IMG/VR virus record: IMGVR_UViG_3300007177_000042
Length of the DNA: 64,000 nucleotides
Source: a virus
Lineage: Duplodnaviria > Caudoviricetes
Direction: 5' to 3' (one strand)
Shown here: positions 41,364-49,197 of the stretch, one piece after another
How positions within the stretch are numbered: position 1 is the first letter of the stretch
Layout: each line of letters starts with the position of its first letter
Made by a program: the position numbers and the translations under genes
The notes under the pieces: model-generated
Told to the model about the DNA's origin: nothing
What the model saw: the letters and a program-made list of their open reading frames with translations, nothing else
The model's database searches: none

Positions 41364-42025
41364 ATGTCTGTTGGAAAAAACGGAGAATACATTATAGTCG
41401 AATGAAGATGTGTACTTCGGCCTGGTATACACGTTGCAACTTTTCTATTTTTGGATCTTAGTTCGATAAACGTCAGATAGTCCCACCACCCGTCATGCTG
41501 AAGATTGTTAAACCATACATCACGGTCTTCATATAAAGTGCGTCGTAAACATGCGAAAGTACCTGTTGTTGAATTTGTATATTTCCAATGACTATGGTTT
41601 GTCAAAAAAACAGTAGTAGACTCTCCTAATGACACTATTTCTGGATTTTTGTGTGGATGTTGACCATATTTGTCCGGATGATCATACAATGTAACATATT
41701 CAGAATGTTGCAATCCCTCTTGAATTAATATGTCTGACTGTGCCAGATGAAAATAGTCGTCTTCTACCAAATATAGTTGGTCATCGTCTTTAAAGTTATT
41801 GATGCAAAAGTTGATTTTATCAACCATCCATTGTTTTCTTCCTCTTACTTTATTCTCTATGTGTTTGGGACGTAATTGTTTAATGAATTCTAAAGTGCCA
41901 TCGCTCAAATTATCTCCCAAAACATAAATGTCGTTTGTGGCGAATGTGGAAAACAAATTAAGACAAACTTTCTCTTTAGAAAAAGTAGAGTTGGTATTTT
42001 CACAGATTGATAATATAACTTTCAT
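41360..42025 (-). CDS. Putative GT-A glycosyltransferase
   Basis: YLVEDDYFH, YVTLYDHPDKY, STTGTF, PGRSTH. Confidence 0.6.
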   Translation of the reverse strand: MKVILSICENTNSTFSKEKVCLNLFSTFATNDIYVLGDNLSDGTLEFIKQLRPKHIENKVRGRKQWMVDKINFCINNFKDDDQLYLVEDDYFHLAQSDILIQEGLQHSEYVTLYDHPDKYGQHPHKNPEIVSLGESTTVFLTNHSHWKYTNSTTGTFACLRRTLYEDRDVWFNNLQHDGWWDYLTFIELRSKNRKVATCIPGRSTHLHSTIMYSPFFPTDI

Positions 42026-42038
42026 TGGATGATATAGA

Positions 42039-42590
42039 TTATAACCAGACTATTCCTGTTCCAGACCAATGACCGATTGATGTAATGTCCAGTTTTTTGT
42101 ACTTGATGTTGTTCCAAAATTGTATCATTTCATTGTTAAGATATATATCATCAAAGATCACGGTTCCTGTATAATTGATATATGATAACCAATTCATGAA
42201 CTCAGTTTCGTGTATACCATCGTGAACAGTATCATAGAAAATGATCGGGGAATTTCTTACTAAATCCAGATGATTCTGAAAACTATCAATTATAAACTTT
42301 ACGTTTTCGGGAATTGGGTTCAAAACAACACTATCACATATATCAAACGAATAAATTTTGTTTAACGGATTGTTTGATAAAGCAGCAGCCGAAAATCCTT
42401 TGAAAGAACCTACATCAACAATTGTATTGTTATTAAACTGATGACTAAACCATGCTAACAGTCGATAGTGTTCAGTTCCCGCTGAAAGGTTTATATACTG
42501 TTTGAAAGAATCTTCGTCGGAAACTCTATTCAGTATATTTGTAAGATCTATTTGATTCAAGATTTCTACTGTCGGGAAATTCATAATCAT
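42039..42590 (-). CDS. Class I SAM methyltransferase
   Basis: IVDVGSFKG.SA, YSFDI, IFYDT.H, VIFDDI. Confidence 0.75.
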   Translation of the reverse strand: MIMNFPTVEILNQIDLTNILNRVSDEDSFKQYINLSAGTEHYRLLAWFSHQFNNNTIVDVGSFKGFSAAALSNNPLNKIYSFDICDSVVLNPIPENVKFIIDSFQNHLDLVRNSPIIFYDTVHDGIHETEFMNWLSYINYTGTVIFDDIYLNNEMIQFWNNIKYKKLDITSIGHWSGTGIVWL

Positions 42591-42623
42591 AACTATCGGT
42601 TATATCGAAAAAAGTCTTTGATT

Positions 42624-42633
42624 TACATATATA
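42624..42633 (-). promoter_or_regulatory. TATATATGTA box upstream of the 42.6-39.9 kb glycan operon
   Basis: Recurrent intergenic 10-mer. Confidence 0.4.
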
Positions 42634-42637
42634 TTGG

Positions 42638-42648
42638 ATATTTATACC
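42638..42648 (+). promoter_or_regulatory. Putative late-promoter motif ATATTTATACC
   Basis: Ends 2 nt before the ATG at 42651, the head of the putative virion-cargo operon. Confidence 0.55.
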
Positions 42649-42650
42649 AC

Positions 42651-43211
42651 ATGACCTATAAAGACTTTTTCAAAGAAAATAACATGAGTCAGATACCTAT
42701 CGGTGGACAACCCACACTTTCAGGTCAATCTGGTACATACGCTTCGCCCGATGTAACCCAAAATCCCGGTTCATTTCCAGCCGATAGTTCCAAGGTAAAT
42801 ATTGTTCCACCAGTGGATCAAGACATTAAGTCGAAAATTGATCCTGAACAATACAAAAAGGACGTGGACACGATCAAAACGAAAGTCACACCCGATGATA
42901 TCATTCAGGGTATAGAATACGAACTCAAAAAACAAATTTACAAGAACAAGATGGTTGCAAAAGAAACGGTTGTTCAAAATTTGAAGAAGAATCCACGATT
43001 CTATCGAGACTTAGATATGTTGACTGGTGGCCCCGAGATGATGAAAGAAAATAACCAGAAAGAAGAAATTGCAAAGATTATCCAAAACATGGCCGTAGAA
43101 TCAAAAGGACGTGAACGTGTAGAACAAAAGTACGGCAATTTTGATGCTATCAAGAAGTTGATGGATGAAAAATGGGAAGAAAAGAAAAAGAGAAGGAACT
43201 ACAATGGATAA
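42651..43211 (+). CDS. Putative virion/head protein with DUF5661-like module
   Basis: VTPDDIIQGIEYE...AKETVVQNLKKNPRFYRDL parallels a module in the 43395 ORF. Confidence 0.55.
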   Translation: MTYKDFFKENNMSQIPIGGQPTLSGQSGTYASPDVTQNPGSFPADSSKVNIVPPVDQDIKSKIDPEQYKKDVDTIKTKVTPDDIIQGIEYELKKQIYKNKMVAKETVVQNLKKNPRFYRDLDMLTGGPEMMKENNQKEEIAKIIQNMAVESKGRERVEQKYGNFDAIKKLMDEKWEEKKKRRNYNG

Positions 43212-43398
43212 ACTTAAAGGCGATTGGTATGTAATAGGGGCTCAAGATAAAATTCAAGATCCATTGATTGGTCACCCAGCCATGAAAGGTCGTAGATGGC
43301 AAATTGACTATGCATATCCATCCAACGGATATGATAAAATGCAACAAGCTGCAAAAGAAGCGGAAAAGTATAAACAAAAAGGAAATAATAGACCATGA
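43204..43398 (+). CDS. Hypothetical protein
   Basis: Overlap-coupled at both ends. Confidence 0.5.
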   Translation: MDKLKGDWYVIGAQDKIQDPLIGHPAMKGRRWQIDYAYPSNGYDKMQQAAKEAEKYKQKGNNRP

Positions 43399-44033
43399 AT
43401 TACAAAGATTTTTACCCCGAAGTTGCACAAGGTCAACAACCAAAACTTGTTGGGGGTGTAGGTGATGCAACAGCACCAGCCGATGTAGATCCAGCCGAGT
43501 TAGCTATGGGTTCTACAGTTGAGATGGAACACACTACCGATCCTGATATCGCCACGGAAATTGCATTGGACCATTTGACAGATGATCCACAATATTACAC
43601 TAAACTCAAAAAAGCGGGATTGGCCAAAGAACTAGACGCGTGCGGCAATCCTTCTGGATTGGGCGATCCAGACCACCCGATCAATGATAAACCGAGATTG
43701 GGTACTGTTGTGACTGCTTCTCCGGGAAATAATATTGTAAAGGTTGACAAAACTCCGGATGGATCTATAGAGGGAAGACGTGATGTACCTCCTATTGTAA
43801 AAAAAGACTTTACTGTTGATATCGATATTAAAGATCCAAACGAACTGGAAACCATATTTAAAGAGGCATTGTTATCAGAAAAGAATGTACCAACTAACAA
43901 ATCATTATGGTCCAGAGCAAAAGCTGAAGCTCGTAAAAGATTCAAAGTATATCCAAGCGCATATGCAAATGGTTGGGCTGTAAAGTGGTATAAAAAACAC
44001 GGCGGTGGATGGAGAAAGACGAGTAAAAAATGA
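43395..44033 (+). CDS. Modular putative head protein (DUF5661-like plus basic C-terminal module)
   Basis: ELAMGSTVEMEHTTD..IATEIALDHL..DPQYYTKL; C-terminal LWSRAKAEARKRFKVYPSAYANGWAVKWYKKHGGGW. Confidence 0.65.
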   Translation: MNYKDFYPEVAQGQQPKLVGGVGDATAPADVDPAELAMGSTVEMEHTTDPDIATEIALDHLTDDPQYYTKLKKAGLAKELDACGNPSGLGDPDHPINDKPRLGTVVTASPGNNIVKVDKTPDGSIEGRRDVPPIVKKDFTVDIDIKDPNELETIFKEALLSEKNVPTNKSLWSRAKAEARKRFKVYPSAYANGWAVKWYKKHGGGWRKTSKK

Positions 44034-45064
44034 TCAAATTAACCGACATTGTTAAAAGTATATTGAAAGAAGGTGGTAAACTGTTTGGCGATAAAGCACA
44101 ACGTGTTACAACCGACGAGATGTATAGTGTATTTGATGAGATCAAAAAGAAGTTGGCAAATAAGTTTGATCGATTCAACATATCCACAAAACTAGCCTCC
44201 AAGGTGGATCATGGTGATATTGACATTGTTGTATTGCCGAAGACAGGACAGACTACCAGAAACATAGTATTGTCAACTCTATCATCAAATATCGTAAAGG
44301 ACGAAAACAATCAACCAATCGTCAGTACAAACGATAATATTTTGTCCGTATTGTATCTTCCACAAAAGTTGGACAAACAGGTTCATGTTGATTTTATTAC
44401 AGCTGGATCGGAAGATGATTTTGAGACAAAAGAACATTATTTATCATACAATGATTTCTCGGGTATGGTCGGTGTTATGTCCAGAAAACTAGGTTTCAAA
44501 TATGGAAGCGAAGGATTTTTCAAGATATTTACCGATAACAAAGGACAAAATCACGACATTTTAATCACAAAAAACCTTCGTGATGGATTGAAAATTCTAG
44601 GATTTCGTAAAGTTGACACCAATTTTTCAAATATTCGTAGCGAAGACGACATTGTTGAATTTATAAAAACATCACCATTATTTGATGTTCGTCAATATAC
44701 TACTGATCTAAACAGTGGAGATTTGAAAAAAATGAGATCAGCACGTAAAAGCGCTCAATACATTCGTGACGAATTGATTAAAAGTAATCAACATCGATCC
44801 ATTGAAGATAATGATCACTTTTTCAAACAGTTGTTTCCTCAAAAATATGAATGGGTAGAATCTGAAAAACAGAGACTCAATGTACCCGTGATCAAAACAT
44901 CAAAGTATACCGGTGAATGGATCATAAAGACATTCAATTTGAAGCCAGGCAAGGTTATAGGACAAGTTAAAGACTTTTTGAACAATCGGTATGGTGATGA
45001 TTTAGACAACGTGCCTGAAGATCAAGTGATTGCTACTGTTAAACAATATTTATCTAAGATATGA
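44030..45064 (+). CDS. Pol-beta superfamily nucleotidyltransferase-like protein with MIKL..I..ILKE leader
   Basis: HGDIDIV, VHVDFI (third Asp), C-terminal TGEWII..FNLKPGKVIG resembling CCA/poly(A) enzyme tails. Confidence 0.6.
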   Translation: MIKLTDIVKSILKEGGKLFGDKAQRVTTDEMYSVFDEIKKKLANKFDRFNISTKLASKVDHGDIDIVVLPKTGQTTRNIVLSTLSSNIVKDENNQPIVSTNDNILSVLYLPQKLDKQVHVDFITAGSEDDFETKEHYLSYNDFSGMVGVMSRKLGFKYGSEGFFKIFTDNKGQNHDILITKNLRDGLKILGFRKVDTNFSNIRSEDDIVEFIKTSPLFDVRQYTTDLNSGDLKKMRSARKSAQYIRDELIKSNQHRSIEDNDHFFKQLFPQKYEWVESEKQRLNVPVIKTSKYTGEWIIKTFNLKPGKVIGQVKDFLNNRYGDDLDNVPEDQVIATVKQYLSKI

Positions 45065-46983
45065 ACGAACTTACAAAAGATCAGTGGAAACGTAGTATGT
45101 CAACCGGATTTGGAGACGGTGATCATCCTATAAATCATGATAATCCCCATCACGATAGATTGGTAGTACAATTGGAAAATGCGGAAATGTCAATGAGTGA
45201 TGTAACAAAGATTATCAAGTATAGTCAAAAGTTACAGTCTATGTTTTCTACCACCGACAATCTTGAAGATTGGGTGAAAGCAAAACTTAATCATGCTTGT
45301 GATTATGTCGCTACCGTTCGTGATTATCTGAAGTTTTATAATTCCGAAAAAGAACAGAATACAGAACAATCAGCCATCAACGAAAAGTGGTCTAGTAGTT
45401 ACAAAAAGAGTATCAATTGCAACAACCCAAAAGGATTTAGTCAAAAAGCTCATTGTAGAGCTAGACAATTGAGAAAATCAGGAGTTCAAACCAAAAGCAA
45501 ACCTGTCAAGGAATATTACAAAGAGGCCGTATTGGAATTGATACGTGAACAAGACAGTAGTATGGCAATGGGAGCTCTTAAACAACTCAATAGTGATGCA
45601 AAAGAACTTGCACATATGTTGAAGCCTGAAATGAATTTGGAAGATTGGGTAAAAGCTAAGTTGAATTTAGCAGGCGAATATCTTGATGATGTGTATCATC
45701 ACTTGGATCATTTCGGACCAGAAGGTCGTAAACTCGACGAATCTTCTGATATTGAAGAGGGTTGGAAAGATATTGCTGCTGCCGGTCTTTTGGGTCTTGC
45801 AACATTGAAAGGATCCGCTGCACAATCAGCGAAACCAAGTGCTACTAAACCATCCAAAGTCACGGTATCGAAAGTCGTCACTCCTATGGTATCAAAAGTT
45901 GCTGCTAAACCTGATACAAAAGTGACCAAACTTGAATTGGACCAATCGTTTATTGACTATATCAAAACAGTAGAAAATGCGGGCAAAACTGGATATAATA
46001 AACAAAAGAAATTGTGGTTTCCTCATAAAAGTTTTGAAGGAGGCAGTGATACCATTGGGTACGGACACAAAATTCAAAAAGGAGAAGATTTTAGTAAGGG
46101 TATTACAGATTCTCAAGCCGAAGATTTATTGAAAAAAGATTTGGATAAAGCAAAAGAACAAGTTTATAAAGAACTTGGAAACCGCCAATTGACTAAAAAA
46201 CAGTTGGAAATGTTTGTTGATTTTGTATTCAATATGGGAACTCTCAAAAAGTTTCCAAAGTTTACTATTGCAGCACTTAAAAATGATACACAAGGAATGA
46301 AATCTCAATACAAGAGATTCGCTGGAGGTAAAGAGTTAAAAGGGCGTAACACAGCATTTCTTGGAAGATTTTTGTCTGAGAATTTAAACGAATTGGACTA
46401 TGAGGGCGGAGTTGGAATACACGAATTGATGATGTTTTATGCTAAAGCTACACCAGATCAATGTGACCAATTGGAGGGGTGTATGAAAAATCAAAATATT
46501 CAGTGTGTAAAAAGTCTAATAACCAAAGTAACAGGTATGACTATGGATAAGATTCAAGAGGGTTTTTATGCCGGATCCAAGAATTACTGGATCAGTCCAT
46601 CTGGAAAACTGATTGATATTGAGAAAGAAGGATTTCCACTGAATGATCATGCGACATGGGCAGTTGTAAACGTTTTATCTGATGCTGATCCCGAATATGC
46701 TAAAGCAAAAGGTAAAGATGTTAATTGGGTTTATCAAAACTACTCCGGACAAACATCGGTATATACCACAATGATTGAATATGGATATATTCGTTGTGTT
46801 GTGATGACAACACGACGTGAAGTTGCATTGGATTTTGCGGATCATACCGATGAATGGAGAAAATATCTTAGTAAATCACAAGCATCTGCTGTAATCAAAT
46901 ATGCTATTGATAAAGAATACAAAGTAATCGTGGATAGTTCAAATAAAGTTTTGTATGATCCACCAAAACCAGATGATGTATGA
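45061..46983 (+). CDS. Modular putative virion protein with two internal repeats and a GH24-like lysozyme domain
   Basis: Repeat NLEDWVKAKLN twice; KTVEN...EGGSDTIGYGHK, GITDSQAEDLLKKDL, FVDFVFNMG. Confidence 0.75.
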   Translation: MNELTKDQWKRSMSTGFGDGDHPINHDNPHHDRLVVQLENAEMSMSDVTKIIKYSQKLQSMFSTTDNLEDWVKAKLNHACDYVATVRDYLKFYNSEKEQNTEQSAINEKWSSSYKKSINCNNPKGFSQKAHCRARQLRKSGVQTKSKPVKEYYKEAVLELIREQDSSMAMGALKQLNSDAKELAHMLKPEMNLEDWVKAKLNLAGEYLDDVYHHLDHFGPEGRKLDESSDIEEGWKDIAAAGLLGLATLKGSAAQSAKPSATKPSKVTVSKVVTPMVSKVAAKPDTKVTKLELDQSFIDYIKTVENAGKTGYNKQKKLWFPHKSFEGGSDTIGYGHKIQKGEDFSKGITDSQAEDLLKKDLDKAKEQVYKELGNRQLTKKQLEMFVDFVFNMGTLKKFPKFTIAALKNDTQGMKSQYKRFAGGKELKGRNTAFLGRFLSENLNELDYEGGVGIHELMMFYAKATPDQCDQLEGCMKNQNIQCVKSLITKVTGMTMDKIQEGFYAGSKNYWISPSGKLIDIEKEGFPLNDHATWAVVNVLSDADPEYAKAKGKDVNWVYQNYSGQTSVYTTMIEYGYIRCVVMTTRREVALDFADHTDEWRKYLSKSQASAVIKYAIDKEYKVIVDSSNKVLYDPPKPDDV

Positions 46984-47306
46984 ATTTTAACACACAAAAC
47001 TTTGGAGCAATGATGAATATGATGGCTGGGGCGCGTGAAATATCAGCCACGCAAAACGATCCTATACATCAAATGTTGGTTCGTAGAAAACAAGGTGGAG
47101 AAGATACACAAATTCCTCCACAACAATCATTTCCACAGGAAGACATTGATGCTTTAGAAAAATTCTGTCAAAAACATGGAATTTTGGGATTTAATTTTGG
47201 AAGAATGCATCCTAGAGCAGCATTGAACATGTTGAAAAACAAAATGGGAATGCCGTCACATACCGAAGTAACTGATTCGCATTGCAAAACTTTGTTGAAA
47301 GGATAA
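46980..47306 (+). CDS. Hypothetical protein
   Basis: ATGA-coupled ORF in the operon. Confidence 0.65.
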   Translation: MNFNTQNFGAMMNMMAGAREISATQNDPIHQMLVRRKQGGEDTQIPPQQSFPQEDIDALEKFCQKHGILGFNFGRMHPRAALNMLKNKMGMPSHTEVTDSHCKTLLKG

Positions 47307-47307
47307 T

Positions 47308-47856
47308 ATGGAAGAACAATTGTTGATAAAAACACTTCAACTAGATGAAGATTTGAAACAATGGTTTAGTAAAACTCACCCAAAGGGCAATTGGAAAGCT
47401 TTTAATACATCCGGAAAGTCAATTGGTGCGTGCGGATCTCGTAAAAAAGGACAACCATATGCTGCTTGTCTTGGTAATAAATATGCTGCTCGTTTGAGAG
47501 CAAAAGGTGGTAGAAAAGCTATTGCTAACTGGGTTCGTAGGAAATTAGCGGCTCAGAGAAAATCGGGACATGGTAAAAAAGGTGGAGGATCGACCGGTCG
47601 TAAGCCAGTAAGAGTCAGTTATAAAGAAACTCTTCAAGAAGTATTTTCTGTAAAAAATAGAGATGAGTTAAAAAAAGATCTCACTCAATTTTTACAACAA
47701 CAATTCGAAAAAGGAGATTTGATTTCTACACATCAAGGTATCAGTACGACAGAATATAAACCAGACGATTGGTATGAAAATATTGCTGACAACATTATCA
47801 ATCGAATGATTCAATATTTTCAAGTTACAAAAGGTCAAACAGAAAGGAATTTATGA
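47308..47856 (+). CDS. Modular basic putative head protein
   Basis: LDE-DLKQWFSK..PKGNW...CG....PYAAC module; second module after LQE. Confidence 0.55.
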   Translation: MEEQLLIKTLQLDEDLKQWFSKTHPKGNWKAFNTSGKSIGACGSRKKGQPYAACLGNKYAARLRAKGGRKAIANWVRRKLAAQRKSGHGKKGGGSTGRKPVRVSYKETLQEVFSVKNRDELKKDLTQFLQQQFEKGDLISTHQGISTTEYKPDDWYENIADNIINRMIQYFQVTKGQTERNL

Positions 47857-48794
47857 AAAAACACATAGTTATACCTATATTGGTCATAGCATTATTATTG
47901 TCTGGGTGTGCATCATGGTGGAAAAAGACAAATCCAAACACCGACAAAGTTAATACAGCACAACAACAGGTTCAAGAAGCTAAAGACGCTTTGTCACTCA
48001 ACACGAAGGAAAAACTTAATCAGGTTAGATCTACAGCCGCTGGCGTAGATTATGCGTTGTCTAAAGTGACCAATCCACCCGTAACGGTGTCTGTAGCAAA
48101 AGAACTCAATAACAGAACTACAAGCATAGTGGGCACCCCCAATGTTGACGAATTGGCCCGTATGAAACAGATTGTAGACGATCTCACTTCACAACTTGAA
48201 GAAGAACAAAAGCGTGGTAAAAAGATGTTATCTGAAAAAGATAAAGAGATTTTGGGTGTCCAACAAGAAACAGAAAGATTGAAAAAAGAACTGAGTGAGA
48301 AAAACGACGAACTAAAAAAAACAGCAGAAACAGTAGCGAAAACTGCCGATGAATATAAAACCACAGTAGATAGAGTCAATAGTTTCTTTGGTCTTGGTGG
48401 TGTTATTTATGGACTCAAAAAGTTTGTTGCAAGTTGTTTGTTGTTCATATTGATTTTTGGTATCATATTTTTGGTTCTTCGTATATTGTCAAATACCAAT
48501 CCTATTGCCAAAGCCGCATTTATGTTTTTTGATATGATCGGAAGCGTCATACTAAATCTAATACGCGGACTCATGCCCAACTCTATTAGTATGTCTAAGT
48601 TGGTAGACGAAACAAAACACAATTCATATAAAAACGCATTGTACAAGATTATTGATTCGGTTCAGGAAATCAAAACAGACAAGTCGGAACAAAATCCAAC
48701 ATTAAATTCGTTGCTTGATAAACTTTCTAAAAACATGAATGACTCTGACAAACAGATCGTTGATGATATCAAACGAGAACTACGTTGGAAGTAA
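47853..48794 (+). CDS. Lipoprotein with coiled coil and C-terminal TM segment(s); spanin-like candidate
   Basis: Lipobox LLSG-C19; heptad-rich helical body; TM FVASCLLFILIFGIIFLVLRIL. Confidence 0.6.
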   Translation: MKKHIVIPILVIALLLSGCASWWKKTNPNTDKVNTAQQQVQEAKDALSLNTKEKLNQVRSTAAGVDYALSKVTNPPVTVSVAKELNNRTTSIVGTPNVDELARMKQIVDDLTSQLEEEQKRGKKMLSEKDKEILGVQQETERLKKELSEKNDELKKTAETVAKTADEYKTTVDRVNSFFGLGGVIYGLKKFVASCLLFILIFGIIFLVLRILSNTNPIAKAAFMFFDMIGSVILNLIRGLMPNSISMSKLVDETKHNSYKNALYKIIDSVQEIKTDKSEQNPTLNSLLDKLSKNMNDSDKQIVDDIKRELRWK

Positions 48795-48833
48795 ATTAAG
48801 TTGTAAAAGCATCTTTTTGATGTTATTGTCTTG

Positions 48834-48872
48834 AAAAACAAACGTTAACGAAATATATTAACGTTTGTTTTT
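48834..48872. repeat. Perfect 15-bp inverted repeat with 9-nt spacer
   Basis: AAAAACAAACGTTAA-cgaaatata-TTAACGTTTGTTTTT in the intergenic region. Confidence 0.9.
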
Positions 48873-48894
48873 ATGCGTATATTAGTTATCACAT

Positions 48895-49197
48895 ATGAAA
48901 TATTATATACTAGATCGTCAAGTTTCTAACAAACCTGCCATTTTTAATTCCGTACCCGAAGTGGTCAACACTTTGGAAAGAGTCGTACAATATAAGTTCA
49001 ATATGACACGAAAACAATATATGCAGAACCTTATTGACTTAGGATATGGAGCCGACGACTCATTGGGACGAACATTTACAGAATCTATGGCCGAACAACT
49101 TGAAATTGGAGTTGTTAAACCTAATGGAGCGTGTGTTCGTTGTAACATCCATGAAGCTGCACATCATGCTAAGTACATTAATGAAATGGGTCATTGA
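48895..49197 (+). CDS. Hypothetical protein
   Basis: ORF coupled to the helicase gene. Confidence 0.65.
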   Translation: MKYYILDRQVSNKPAIFNSVPEVVNTLERVVQYKFNMTRKQYMQNLIDLGYGADDSLGRTFTESMAEQLEIGVVKPNGACVRCNIHEAAHHAKYINEMGH

